NCBI GenBank assembly: GCA_963693055.1
Contig: OY843751.1
Location: 2,976,001-3,040,000 of the forward strand
Reading direction: 5' to 3'
From: a bacterium
Lineage (GTDB): Bacteria; Zhuqueibacterota; Zhuqueibacteria; Residuimicrobiales; Krinioviventaceae
DNA length: 64,000 bases
Position numbers and translations under genes: made by a program. Every line of letters begins with the position of its first letter. The first letter of the stretch is position 1. Positions 37,003 to 47,476 of the stretch are shown here, in pieces. A model generated the notes under the pieces. It searched no databases. It was given only the letters and a program-made list of their open reading frames with translations, and was not told where the DNA came from.

Positions 37003-37836
37003 TTATGTACTTTCATCAGGCATACCTTCAGGAGTAATAGCTTTGTTTCGTAAGCAAGTAATGATCTCTGAAGCAATTTCTTCAATGGGTTTGTTTGTCA
37101 CATTTATGATTTGCCAATTGGGGTGATTATTGAATAAACGGTTGGCATATCTTAGTTCATTTTGTACATGTTGAAGTTGGGCATAACTGCCTGTTTTACC
37201 ACCAAGATAGTCATCGCGTGCCTTTCGTAATACAGATAAACGTGTTGCATCAGTAGTCAAGCCAAATACCCGATCATTAGGAATATCAAATATTTCTTGT
37301 GGTAAAGGTATATCAAGAACTATGGGTATATTAGAAACCATCCAGCCCTTGAATGCTAAATATATACTCAATGGTGTTTTAAATGTTCTTGAAACACCCA
37401 ATAGTACAATTTCTGCTCGCTCAACTTGATTAATCCGAAGACCATCATCATGCCTAAAAGCAAATTCCATAGCTTCAATACGCTTAAAATAAGATTTATT
37501 CAACTCCCTGAACAAACCCGGCTTACCGACAGGGTTAATATCCAACAGTACAGTGAGTTGAGCCAAAAGCGGTCCCATTAAATCAATGGTTTCAATGTTG
37601 AACAACTTTTTATTTTCTTCAATAATACTTCGTAACTCGTCAGAAACTACTGTATGAGCTATAAAAGCATTAGTATTGGTAGCTTCTTTAAAAACAGCCA
37701 AAACTTCATCTTTGCAAGTTACACCGGGTCTGGTATGAATCGTAACTTTGTCTTCAGAAAACTGTGTCAAGGCTGCTTTTAACATTTGCTCTGCCGTTTT
37801 ACCTGTTCCATCCGAAATAATGTAAATTGAATTCAT
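37003..37836 (-). CDS. PEP synthase/PPDK regulatory kinase-pyrophosphorylase (DUF299)
   Basis: IISDGTGKTA, YFKRIEAMEFA..HDDG, LLGVSRTFKTPLSIYLA, IEEIA. Confidence 0.92.
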   Translation of the reverse strand: MNSIYIISDGTGKTAEQMLKAALTQFSEDKVTIHTRPGVTCKDEVLAVFKEATNTNAFIAHTVVSDELRSIIEENKKLFNIETIDLMGPLLAQLTVLLDINPVGKPGLFRELNKSYFKRIEAMEFAFRHDDGLRINQVERAEIVLLGVSRTFKTPLSIYLAFKGWMVSNIPIVLDIPLPQEIFDIPNDRVFGLTTDATRLSVLRKARDDYLGGKTGSYAQLQHVQNELRYANRLFNNHPNWQIINVTNKPIEEIASEIITCLRNKAITPEGMPDEST

Positions 37837-37960
37837 AATTCTTTTCCTCTTTTACCCCGTTTTGTTTATAGAACAAGGTATTTGTCATTGCATATTTCTA
37901 TATTTTTTGTTAATTTTTAAATAAATAACGCTAAACATAACGACAAGATAAGCAGAAATC

Positions 37961-38917
37961 ATGAGAATAGTAGTTCTGGATGGATTTACAACAAATCCCG
38001 GTGATTTAAGCTGGGATGCATTATACAAAATTGGCGAATGCCAGATATATGAACGAACACCACGAGAACTGGTTCTGGACAGAGTCAAAAGTGCCGATAT
38101 TGTTCTAACAAATAAAACCATATTAGATCGTGATATGTTGTACGCTATGGATAAATGCAAATATATTGGTGTTATGGCAACAGGTTACAATGTTGTCAAT
38201 CTGGAAGCTGCATCAGAAAAAGAAATTATTGTTACAAATGTTCCAGCGTATTCTACTAAATCTGTTGCTCAAATGGTATTTGCACATATATTAAACCTTA
38301 CACAGCATGTTGCTGCACATTCCGAATCCGTTACGTTTGGCAAATGGTCATCAAATAAAGACTTTTGCTATTGGGATTATCCGTTAATCGAGCTTGCGGA
38401 TAGAACAATTGGTATAGTTGGCTTGGGTAGAATTGGTAAACAGGTAGCTAAAATTGCCAATGCCATGGATATGCATATATTGGCATATACAAAACCGACT
38501 GAAAAAGATGTGCCAGATTATATTACAATTACTAACAAATTGGATGACGTTTTTATAAAAAGCGATTTTGTAACATTGCACTGTCCACTAACAAAAGATA
38601 CTGAAAATATAGTTAATGCAGACAGGTTGAGAATGATGCGGTCAACATCATTTCTAATTAATACCAGTCGTGGTCCACTAATTGACGAAATAGCGCTTAC
38701 TGTAGCATTAAACAAGGGTTGGCTTGCGGGAGCAGGATTAGATGTTCTTTCCGAAGAACCTCCCCGCCCCGAGAATCCATTGTTCAGTGCACCCAATTGC
38801 TATATAACACCTCACATCTCATGGGCTACCCGCTCAGCAAGGAAAAGACTATTAGACACTGTAATTAATAATATACAATCATATATTAAAGGTAACGTAC
38901 AAAACCAGGTTAATTAA
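37961..38917 (+). CDS. D-2-hydroxyacid dehydrogenase (glycerate dehydrogenase-like)
   Basis: IVVLDG..NPGDLSW, ATGYN, GLGRIG, LHCPLT, INTSRG, AGLDV, TPHISW. Confidence 0.92.
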   Translation: MRIVVLDGFTTNPGDLSWDALYKIGECQIYERTPRELVLDRVKSADIVLTNKTILDRDMLYAMDKCKYIGVMATGYNVVNLEAASEKEIIVTNVPAYSTKSVAQMVFAHILNLTQHVAAHSESVTFGKWSSNKDFCYWDYPLIELADRTIGIVGLGRIGKQVAKIANAMDMHILAYTKPTEKDVPDYITITNKLDDVFIKSDFVTLHCPLTKDTENIVNADRLRMMRSTSFLINTSRGPLIDEIALTVALNKGWLAGAGLDVLSEEPPRPENPLFSAPNCYITPHISWATRSARKRLLDTVINNIQSYIKGNVQNQVN

Positions 38918-38918
38918 A

Positions 38919-39446
38919 ATGCCCAAAACGAATACGATACTGGTGCATACATGCTGTGCACCTTGCGCTGCCCCCTCGGGAGAGAAATTGATGCTGGAAG
39001 GATATCAGGTCACATTATTTTATAGCAACTCTAACATTTATCCTCTTGAAGAATATGAAAAACGTCTTGCTGAAGTCCGCAAACTTGCTTCTATATGGGA
39101 TATTTTGGTAGAAGAAGACATCTATGACCACAAAAAATGGCTACAACATGTAAAAGGGCTGGAAAATGAACCGGAAAAAGGCAGCCGATGTGCAAAGTGC
39201 TTTGACTTTAGCTTAAAAAGAACTGCTGAATTGGCTGACAGGCTTGACTTTACAGCTTTTACAACAACCCTCACCCTCAGTCCTCACAAAGTCTCAAAGA
39301 TGATATTTGAAATTGGCAAACAATACCCCAAGTACGTACCGTTTGATTTTAAAAAAGAAAACGGATTTTTGAAAAGTTTGCAATTATCAGAAAAATATGA
39401 TCTATACAGACAAAATTATTGCGGATGTGAATTTAGCCTTCGTTAA
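38919..39446 (+). CDS. queH: Epoxyqueuosine reductase QueH
   Basis: HTCCAPC, EPEKGSRCAKC, TTTL..SPHK, YRQNYCGC. Confidence 0.9.
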   Translation: MPKTNTILVHTCCAPCAAPSGEKLMLEGYQVTLFYSNSNIYPLEEYEKRLAEVRKLASIWDILVEEDIYDHKKWLQHVKGLENEPEKGSRCAKCFDFSLKRTAELADRLDFTAFTTTLTLSPHKVSKMIFEIGKQYPKYVPFDFKKENGFLKSLQLSEKYDLYRQNYCGCEFSLR

Positions 39447-39582
39447 TTCAATCTCAACATTACTGTCGTAAGAATCAATTATTGTATTATTATACTAGAG
39501 TTTATCTAGTACAATTTAATAGAAATAATTATATTGCTGCTTACGTTGTATAGTTTGAGAAGCAGTTAACATTTATAGTAAT

Positions 39583-40077
39583 ATGAAAAAAATAATATCT
39601 ACAATTTTATTAATTTTCTACTTTACCAGCAGCTTTGGTTTTGCTCAAATCAACCATATCTGCAGCATGGCGCTATCAAATGGAACAGATCATTCTGATG
39701 CTAAATGTACTTGTCATGTGGTAAAATCTAATGTGTCAGAACCCAAATCTGATCAAAGTAGCTGTTCAACAGAATTAAATCAGAATGAACAGGAAGCATC
39801 AAGCTGCTGTACTGTTGATACATCAGAAAAACCTGACAATGAACTTGACCAGACAAAGTATGGTGAAATACAAATTACTTTAAACTGCTGTAGTTTTGAA
39901 ATTAATGTAAAAAATAATGACAGTTTTACATTTCCTACAATTGAAAAAACTGTAGCTGCAAATCATTCAATCAATATTGCAATATCAGAAATTCAGGTAT
40001 TTAATCAACAATTACCCGTATTAAATATTAACACCTCTCCTACTATTTTTTCAATCAATCTTCCACTCTTGATTTAA
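39583..40077 (+). CDS. Cys-rich exported protein (HYC_CC_PP-like) upstream of the metal efflux operon
   Basis: Signal-like N-terminus, HIC, CTCH, two CC pairs, hydrophobic C-terminal tail. Confidence 0.6.
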   Translation: MKKIISTILLIFYFTSSFGFAQINHICSMALSNGTDHSDAKCTCHVVKSNVSEPKSDQSSCSTELNQNEQEASSCCTVDTSEKPDNELDQTKYGEIQITLNCCSFEINVKNNDSFTFPTIEKTVAANHSINIAISEIQVFNQQLPVLNINTSPTIFSINLPLLI

Positions 40078-40088
40078 AATCAAGGCAC

Positions 40089-40113
40089 CAGTCCGTCCGG
40101 ACTGTATTTTTTC
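40089..40113 (+). terminator. Short hairpin plus T-run between the Cys-rich ORF and tolC
   Basis: CAGTCC-gtcc-GGACTG followed by TATTTTTT. Confidence 0.5.
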
Positions 40114-40155
40114 AATTTTAAATATAACAATCCCATAACTGTAATGGAGAGTCCC

Positions 40156-41397
40156 ATGAAGACACTTTTAGTTATATGGGTAGTTTTTATCTATTCGTAT
40201 GCATACGCGGAAACAAATACATTACAACAGTGGATTCAAACTGCTCTTGAAAACAATAGAGATGTATCAGTACAAAAGTTAAAAGAACAAATGTCTGAAT
40301 TTGATGCTGATATAACCAGCGCACTTCCGGATCCTGTCTTTATGACAGAATTCAGAGGTATGCCTATAGATCCTATTGATCTCGGACAAACCAGTGAATG
40401 GATGTTTATGTTGCAGCAAACGTTTCCATTTCCCGGAAAACTGGGTAAAAACAAAGAAATTGCAAATATAAACTTAAAAATACAAAATCAGCAATATTTA
40501 GCAACAGAGAACCGGGTTGTTGCCATAGTAAAATCACTTTACTATCAAAAATTGTATTTGAAACAAAATATCAACACCTATAATGAAATAGATGAAATAT
40601 TAACCTCACTATTGCAAGTGGCTGATATTAAATACAAGAGTGGTATGATATCTCTTGTGGATATTAATAGATTCTACATTCAACAGGAAAAAAATCGCAA
40701 TAAAATAGTAGCATTTGAACAATTAAATCGCTCATTGGATTTAAAAATCAACAACGTTTTGGGTAATCCTTTAAACACACAATTACCCCCTTTAGATGAG
40801 CCAATAGATTTGATGCATCCCCTTCCATCAAACACACAAATAGACTCGCTCTTGAAAAGTAATAATCCTGATCTTGAATCTACCGTTTTAAAAGTTCAAA
40901 CGGCTGAATTGGATTACAAATTATCAAAACTTGATAATTACCCGGATATTACAATCATGGGTGGGTATATGGCAATGTACAATATGCCGGACAGGCTCAT
41001 GGGAAGAATATCCATATCACTCCCCTTCATGCCGTGGTCATCAAAAAACACCAAAGCAAGAACACAAAAAACAAAATTATTGATTGATCACAACATTACT
41101 CAAAAAACAGATTTACTGGAAAAGTTGAAAAATGAATCTGGTGACATTTTATTAAATTTAAAATCTATTAAAAGTCAATACACAACATTTATTGACAAAA
41201 TATTGCCGACAAGTAAACAAAATATCGATTTGTTGATTACAGCGTTCCAAACCAGTTCTGTTGATTATGCAGATTTACTAAAAAGCATCAATGACTATTT
41301 ATCACTAAAAGTTGAAAAAGAAAAACTTTTATTTGATTACAGAGTAAAGTTGGCAGAACTTGAAGTTATTACAAGTTCTCAAATAATAGAAAGGTAA
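40156..41397 (+). CDS. TolC-family outer-membrane efflux protein
   Basis: ALENN, LPDP, QTFPFPGKL, NNPDL, YPDIT; first gene of a tripartite RND unit; ATG 40156 with GGAG RBS. Confidence 0.85.
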   Translation: MKTLLVIWVVFIYSYAYAETNTLQQWIQTALENNRDVSVQKLKEQMSEFDADITSALPDPVFMTEFRGMPIDPIDLGQTSEWMFMLQQTFPFPGKLGKNKEIANINLKIQNQQYLATENRVVAIVKSLYYQKLYLKQNINTYNEIDEILTSLLQVADIKYKSGMISLVDINRFYIQQEKNRNKIVAFEQLNRSLDLKINNVLGNPLNTQLPPLDEPIDLMHPLPSNTQIDSLLKSNNPDLESTVLKVQTAELDYKLSKLDNYPDITIMGGYMAMYNMPDRLMGRISISLPFMPWSSKNTKARTQKTKLLIDHNITQKTDLLEKLKNESGDILLNLKSIKSQYTTFIDKILPTSKQNIDLLITAFQTSSVDYADLLKSINDYLSLKVEKEKLLFDYRVKLAELEVITSSQIIER

Positions 41398-41402
41398 TAA
41401 TC

Positions 41403-43580
41403 ATGAAAAACACAAAAATTTCAAGCAAAATATTTATTATCACTGTAATATTTGCAGTAGGTATGTTTATCGGTTCATTGTTCAACAATTCAGATACACC
41501 AAACCAATCAGAGCAAACAGTATCAGCAACTGTTTGGACATGTTCAATGCATCCACAAATCAGACAACCCGAACCGGGACAATGCCCGATTTGCGCAATG
41601 GATCTAATTCCTGCAACAAGTAATAACACAAATTCAAATAATGCAATACCAGAATTAAAACTTGGTAAAGCAGCAATCGCACTGGCAGATATAGAAACAT
41701 ACAAAGTTAAGGGTGGTTTACCGGAAAAAAATATGCGTCTATTCGGATCAATAGTGATAGACGAAACACAAAAAGGAAATATTACCGCATGGTTCCCGGG
41801 TAGAATTGAAAAACAGTTCATAAATTATAATGGAGCAAGGATTCAAAAAGGTGATCCGCTTGTCAAGATTTACAGTCCTGAATTATATACAGCGCAAAAA
41901 GAATACCTGGCAATACTAAACAGTCCCAATTCCATGGTTTCAGCAGAATCTGCTGCAAAGAAACTCGAGTTATTGGGATTAACAACTGATCAGATAAATG
42001 GAATCAAAGAAAATGGCCAGGCAATGGAATATATTACAATCAAGTCACCGGTTAACGGCATTGTACTCTCTATTAATAGTCGAGAAGGTAATTATGTTAA
42101 AACCGGGAGCTCAATATATGAGATTGCAGGTCTGGATCAGCTTTGGATAGAGTTGGAAGCCTTTGAATCAGAAATATCCTGGATAAATAAAGGCTCACAG
42201 TTAACATATAGTTTGGATGCAAAACCAGGTCAAGAATATCATGCATCAATTGATTTTATTGAACCTGTTATGAAAAACGGAACACGTACATCTGTTATCA
42301 GAGCTACCATTAATAATAAAAATGGTGAAATAAAACCGGGTATGTATGTGACAGGTGAAATTAAAACAGTATCATCAGTAACAAACAATAATGAATTGTT
42401 AATTCCGGCCTCTGCCCCACTTTTAACCGGGAAAAGAGCAATTGTATATATTCAAGACAAGCATGACAAAGGTACATTTTATGGCAGAGAAGTTAAACTG
42501 GGCAGCCTGGCAAATAATATGTATGTTGTAAAATCTGGTTTGAATGCAGGGGACAATGTGGTAACAAGAGGTAATTTCAAGATTGACAGTGCACTTCAAT
42601 TAATGGGTAAAACAAGTATGATGTCTGCTTCAATGATCGGCAATATGAATATGGAAAATGAACACAAGGAAACAGAACACCCGGCAGAACACTCTATGCA
42701 ATCACATGCCATGGATGAAAAATTACCATCAATGAGTTCTGATCAAATTGATGAATTATATAATCGATATTTTGAATTGCAAAAAAATCTAAGCCTTGAT
42801 GATTTGGAAAAAAGTAGAAAAAGTGCCAAACATATTTTAAATGGTTTGAAAACAATTGACAGCAAAAACAATACATTAGAAAAAATTGAGAATGCTTCAC
42901 AGGAAATAGTAAAATCAGAGTCAATTCAACAAGCAAGAAAATCTTTTCATGAAATTTCAAATATTATGATTGAATTGGGAAACCAAAAAATAATGCCGGC
43001 AAACAGCAATATTTACAAAATTCATTGCCCCATGGCTTTTGATAATACTGGTGCAAACTGGCTGCAAACCCATAAAGAGGTTGAGAATCCATATTTTGGG
43101 TCACAGATGTATCATTGTGGCAGTGTTGAAGCAACCCTTCAGGAATCTGCAAAAAGTGATATTGATGTAGAAAATATTTATTTATCATATTTTGATTTGC
43201 AAAAAGCGTTAAGCAAAGATGATCTTGAAAATGCCCAAAAAGCATCAGCAAAATTGGTAAAGATGTTACCGAAAAAAATGAGCAGCTCTTTAGAATCTAT
43301 AAAAGCATCAGCGGTTTCAATTAGCAATTCCGGATCAATTGATGATGCAAGAACTAAATTTCAACCGCTTTCAAATGCAATGATAGATCTGGCAAAAACG
43401 AATAAAATACCAGCAAATACAAATCTGTATATTGTTCATTGCCCTATGGCATTCAATAATACCGGTGGGGATTGGTTACAGACACACAAAAATGTTGAAA
43501 ATCCATATTTTGGTTCACAGATGTATCGTTGTGGAAGTGTTACTGGAACAATAAAAGAAAATGACAAGGGAGAGCAATAA
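41403..43580 (+). CDS. CusB-type RND membrane-fusion protein with heavy-metal-binding domain and two DUF3347-like domains
   Basis: WTCSMHPQI...CPICAMDL, GRIEK, YSPEL..AQ.EYL, His/Met-rich linker, two HCPMAF...WLQ...NPYFG..M..CG domains. Confidence 0.9.
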   Translation: MKNTKISSKIFIITVIFAVGMFIGSLFNNSDTPNQSEQTVSATVWTCSMHPQIRQPEPGQCPICAMDLIPATSNNTNSNNAIPELKLGKAAIALADIETYKVKGGLPEKNMRLFGSIVIDETQKGNITAWFPGRIEKQFINYNGARIQKGDPLVKIYSPELYTAQKEYLAILNSPNSMVSAESAAKKLELLGLTTDQINGIKENGQAMEYITIKSPVNGIVLSINSREGNYVKTGSSIYEIAGLDQLWIELEAFESEISWINKGSQLTYSLDAKPGQEYHASIDFIEPVMKNGTRTSVIRATINNKNGEIKPGMYVTGEIKTVSSVTNNNELLIPASAPLLTGKRAIVYIQDKHDKGTFYGREVKLGSLANNMYVVKSGLNAGDNVVTRGNFKIDSALQLMGKTSMMSASMIGNMNMENEHKETEHPAEHSMQSHAMDEKLPSMSSDQIDELYNRYFELQKNLSLDDLEKSRKSAKHILNGLKTIDSKNNTLEKIENASQEIVKSESIQQARKSFHEISNIMIELGNQKIMPANSNIYKIHCPMAFDNTGANWLQTHKEVENPYFGSQMYHCGSVEATLQESAKSDIDVENIYLSYFDLQKALSKDDLENAQKASAKLVKMLPKKMSSSLESIKASAVSISNSGSIDDARTKFQPLSNAMIDLAKTNKIPANTNLYIVHCPMAFNNTGGDWLQTHKNVENPYFGSQMYRCGSVTGTIKENDKGEQ
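43021..43541 (+). repeat. Internal duplication (414-bp period) of the DUF3347-like metal-binding domain
   Basis: 43021-43127 and 43435-43541 encode near-identical HCPMAFxNTGxxWLQTHKxVENPYFGSQMYxCGSV. Confidence 0.85.
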
Positions 43581-46500
43581 TGCAAGAAACCAGAGATAAA
43601 AAGAATCTAACAGATTCCATTATTTATTTCCTCTTAAATAACAAGATTGTTGTTGTAATGGTATTGATACTGGTTCTTGTTTGGGGTATTCTGGTTGCTC
43701 CTTTTGACTGGCCATTTTTCCGTGAATTACGCACCCCTGTTCCGGTTGACGCAATACCGGATATTGGAGAAAATCAACAAATCGTATTTACAAAATGGCC
43801 GGGGCGTTCCCCGCAAGACATTGAAGACCAGGTTTCTTATCCATTAACAGTATCATTGTTAGGAATTGCGGGAGTAAAAAGCGTTCGCAGCTTTTCAATG
43901 CTAGGCTTTTCTTCAATCTATATTATCTTTAATGAGGATATTGAATTTTACTGGTCGCGTTCCCGGATATTGGAAAAATTAAACAGTCTTTCACCGGGTA
44001 CACTTCCAGATGATGCGAATCCTGTTCTGGGCCCCGATGCTACAGCATTGGGGCAGGTTTTCTGGTATACACTTGAAGGTCGTGATGAAAACGGCAATCC
44101 TACAGGAGGCTGGGACCTGCAGGAACTACGTTCCATTCAGGATTTTCAGGTTAAATATGCTTTGATGGGAGTCAGTGGCGTAAGTGAAGTCGCATCAATT
44201 GGTGGTTTTGTTCAGGAATACCAGGTGGATGTTGATCCCAATGCTTTACGGGCATACAATATAACACTCGAACAAGTCATTAACGCTGTGAGAAACACAA
44301 ACCGTGATGTCAGTGCAAAAACCATTGAAGTGAATAGAGTTGAATATGTCATTCGTGGCATTGGGTTTGTAAAAAACACGAATGACATTAAAAAAACAGT
44401 TATCAAATCAAATGGTGATACACCTGTTTTTATTGAAAATGTTGCACATGTCACCCTGGGTCCCGCTTTGCGTCGAGGAGCTTTGGATAAACAAGGAGCC
44501 GAAGCTGTTGGTGGTGTAATAGTCGTCCGATATGGCGATAATCCTATGCAAGTAATTCAACATGTCAAAGAAAAGATTTCGGAAATTGCACCAGGATTAC
44601 CTCAAAAGATATTATCTGACGGTACACAAAGCAAGGTTACAATCGTACCATTTTATGATCGGACCGGTTTAATCAAGGAAACACTGGGGACGTTGGAATC
44701 TGCACTCATACAACAAATATTAATTACCATCATTGTTGTAATATTGATGATCATGCATTTCAAGAGTTCGGTGTTAATCTCTGGCCTTCTCCCTATTGCC
44801 GTTATCATGACCTTTATCTTTATGAAGTTATTTCATGTGGATGCAAACATTGTCGCTCTATCAGGTATTGCAATAGCAATTGGTACTATGGTAGATATGG
44901 GAATAGTCGTTACGGAAAACATCGTAAAACATCTGGATGAAAAAAACAATCTCTCATCCTTGATGAAAATATATAATGCAACAAAAGAAGTTAGTGGTGC
45001 GGTTTTTACGGCTGTAATGACAACAATAATCAGTTTCTTGCCCATCTTTACATTAGAAGCTGCCGAAGGTAAATTATTCAAACCTTTGGCTTTTACTAAA
45101 ACATTTGCGCTAGCTGCATCATTGGTTGTTGCATTATTTGTAATTCCTCCTTTTGCACATTTATTTTTCAAGAACAAGAGTAAAAAGAGTGTAATGGGCA
45201 CACTTTTTTATGGCCTGTTCGTACTGGTAGGAATTGTTGTAACCGTTAAGACAAGTATCATGGGTGGTCTGGCAATCCTGATTCTTGCTCTGGCCGGTGG
45301 CATAAAACCCTACCTGAAAATAGACAATATGATAATCGATAAATATACCAACTATGGTGTAATATTTATTGTTTTAATATTTTTAACTTCAAGCTGGCTT
45401 CCCCTTGGTAACGATAAAGGCATCTTGCTAAACCTGGTTTTTGTAGGGTTAATAGTTGCAATGTTTATATTCTTTTTCACATATTTCATAAAAATTTATC
45501 CAGGAATACTAAAATGGGCATTGGATAACAAGATGAAATTTTTAACCATACCCATCATTGTATTATTTTGGGGATTACTGGTCTGGCAGGGATTTTTTAC
45601 AATTTTCGGTTGGCTGCCTCAACCGGTTCTAACATTCAAGCCTGTATCCGTTTTTGCGCATGCTTTTCCGGGATTAGGCAAAGAGTTTATGCCGCCTCTC
45701 GATGAAGGTGCATATCTGTTCATGCCAACCACTATGCCGCATGCGTCCATTGGTGAGGTAATGGACATTATGCGTAAACAGGATATGTCAATAACCAGCT
45801 TACCAGAAGTCAAATCCGCTGTGGGTAAACTCGGTCGTGTGGAATCTCCTCTTGATCCGGCACCGGTATCCATGATTGAAACTATTATTGATTATCATAA
45901 TAAATTTATTACAGATGATAATGGTAAAATTTTGAAATTCAAATATGATGCAGATTCAGTGGGTTTTGCGGTTGATAAAGACAACATCCAGGTTCATGCC
46001 AATGATGGATTGCCTTACATGGTCAAAGGAATTCATTTACGAGATGAGAACGGTCAACTCGTTCCTGACAGATTTGGCAAGCCGTTTCGTATATGGCGTC
46101 GTCCACTTGATACCGAATTAAATCCTGGGCAAAAGGCCTGGGAAGGTATTCAAACTCCGGATGATATTTGGGATGCTATTGTTAAAGCAGCGGAAATACC
46201 TGGTGTTACATCTGCACCCAAATTACAACCTATTAGCGCCAGAATCGTCATGTTACAAAGCGGAATGCGTGCACCTATGGGTATCAAAGTAAAAGGCCCG
46301 ACCCTTGAAACAATAGAGCAGTTTTCACTTGAACTGGAAAAACTACTCAAAACAATACCAGTCATACGTAAAGAAACAGTCCAGGCTGACAGGATGGTAG
46401 GTAAACCCTATCTTGAAATAGAAATTAACAGAGAAAAAATTGCACGTTACGGTATACATATAGAAACCGTGCAAAACATAATCGAAACTGCAATTGGCGG

Positions 46501-47437
46501 CAAAACCATTAGCATGACTGTAGAAGGACGAGAACGCTATCCCATTAGAGTACGATACATGCGTGAACTGCGGGACAATATTGAGGCCATTGAAAATGTG
46601 CTGGTATCATCTCCATCAGGTGAACAAATTCCGTTAAAACAATTGGCAAATATTCAATACAGACGCGGTCCCCAGATGATTAAAAGTGAAGATACATTTT
46701 TGACCGGATACGTTATTTTTGACAAGATCAAAGACGCAGCCGAAGTTGATGTTGTCGAACAGGCCAAATCATTCATAGAAACAAAAATTAAAAATGGTGA
46801 ATTGGTTGTACCTCACGGTGTCAGTTATATGTTTGCGGGTCAATATCAAAACCAGATCAGGGCACAAAAACGACTCGCGCTTATATTACCCTTGTCATTA
46901 TTTGTTATATTTATGATTCTGTATTTAAAATTCAGGTCTATACCCGTATCGCTATCAATATTCAGCAGTATTGCCGTAGCCTGGGCCGGCGGATTTATAT
47001 TCATATGGTTGCATGGACAAAGCTGGTTTTTAAATATTCCACTGATTGGAAATAGTTTGCGTGATATATTTAACATTCATCCGATAAATATGAGTGTAGC
47101 CATTTGGGTTGGTTTTCTGGCATTGTTTGGCATTGCTTCTGATGATGGAGTTATCATTGCCAGTTATTTACAACAGCAGAATGAAAAGAATAAACCGGGA
47201 ACGGTTAAAGGAATTCGTGAATCAGCAATGCAGGCAGGATTAAAAAGAGTGCGTCCCTGCATGATGACAACAGCCACAACTGTATTGGCATTATTGCCTG
47301 TATTGTCTTCGAGCGGACGAGGTTCAGACATTATGGTGCCTATGGCAATACCGGTATTTGGAGGTATGCTGGTTGTTATGATATCTATGTTTATTGTTCC
47401 GGTACTTTATGCCTGGCTGGAAGAAAGAAATCTTTAA
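43580..47437 (+). CDS. cusA: CusA/CzcA-family heavy-metal RND permease (long form)
   Basis: VDAIPDIGENQ, GPDATALG, GIAIAIGTMVD, EGKLFKPLA, GKEFMPPLDEG..FMPT, RVRPCMMT. Confidence 0.9.
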   Translation: MQETRDKKNLTDSIIYFLLNNKIVVVMVLILVLVWGILVAPFDWPFFRELRTPVPVDAIPDIGENQQIVFTKWPGRSPQDIEDQVSYPLTVSLLGIAGVKSVRSFSMLGFSSIYIIFNEDIEFYWSRSRILEKLNSLSPGTLPDDANPVLGPDATALGQVFWYTLEGRDENGNPTGGWDLQELRSIQDFQVKYALMGVSGVSEVASIGGFVQEYQVDVDPNALRAYNITLEQVINAVRNTNRDVSAKTIEVNRVEYVIRGIGFVKNTNDIKKTVIKSNGDTPVFIENVAHVTLGPALRRGALDKQGAEAVGGVIVVRYGDNPMQVIQHVKEKISEIAPGLPQKILSDGTQSKVTIVPFYDRTGLIKETLGTLESALIQQILITIIVVILMIMHFKSSVLISGLLPIAVIMTFIFMKLFHVDANIVALSGIAIAIGTMVDMGIVVTENIVKHLDEKNNLSSLMKIYNATKEVSGAVFTAVMTTIISFLPIFTLEAAEGKLFKPLAFTKTFALAASLVVALFVIPPFAHLFFKNKSKKSVMGTLFYGLFVLVGIVVTVKTSIMGGLAILILALAGGIKPYLKIDNMIIDKYTNYGVIFIVLIFLTSSWLPLGNDKGILLNLVFVGLIVAMFIFFFTYFIKIYPGILKWALDNKMKFLTIPIIVLFWGLLVWQGFFTIFGWLPQPVLTFKPVSVFAHAFPGLGKEFMPPLDEGAYLFMPTTMPHASIGEVMDIMRKQDMSITSLPEVKSAVGKLGRVESPLDPAPVSMIETIIDYHNKFITDDNGKILKFKYDADSVGFAVDKDNIQVHANDGLPYMVKGIHLRDENGQLVPDRFGKPFRIWRRPLDTELNPGQKAWEGIQTPDDIWDAIVKAAEIPGVTSAPKLQPISARIVMLQSGMRAPMGIKVKGPTLETIEQFSLELEKLLKTIPVIRKETVQADRMVGKPYLEIEINREKIARYGIHIETVQNIIETAIGGKTISMTVEGRERYPIRVRYMRELRDNIEAIENVLVSSPSGEQIPLKQLANIQYRRGPQMIKSEDTFLTGYVIFDKIKDAAEVDVVEQAKSFIETKIKNGELVVPHGVSYMFAGQYQNQIRAQKRLALILPLSLFVIFMILYLKFRSIPVSLSIFSSIAVAWAGGFIFIWLHGQSWFLNIPLIGNSLRDIFNIHPINMSVAIWVGFLALFGIASDDGVIIASYLQQQNEKNKPGTVKGIRESAMQAGLKRVRPCMMTTATTVLALLPVLSSSGRGSDIMVPMAIPVFGGMLVVMISMFIVPVLYAWLEERNL

Positions 47438-47439
47438 AT

Positions 47440-47476
47440 AACAAGCGCCAATATAAATTTATTGGCGCTTGTTTTA
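47440..47476. terminator. Bidirectional intrinsic terminator
   Basis: AACAAGCGCCAATA-taaatt-TATTGGCGCTTGTT between convergent genes. Confidence 0.85.
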
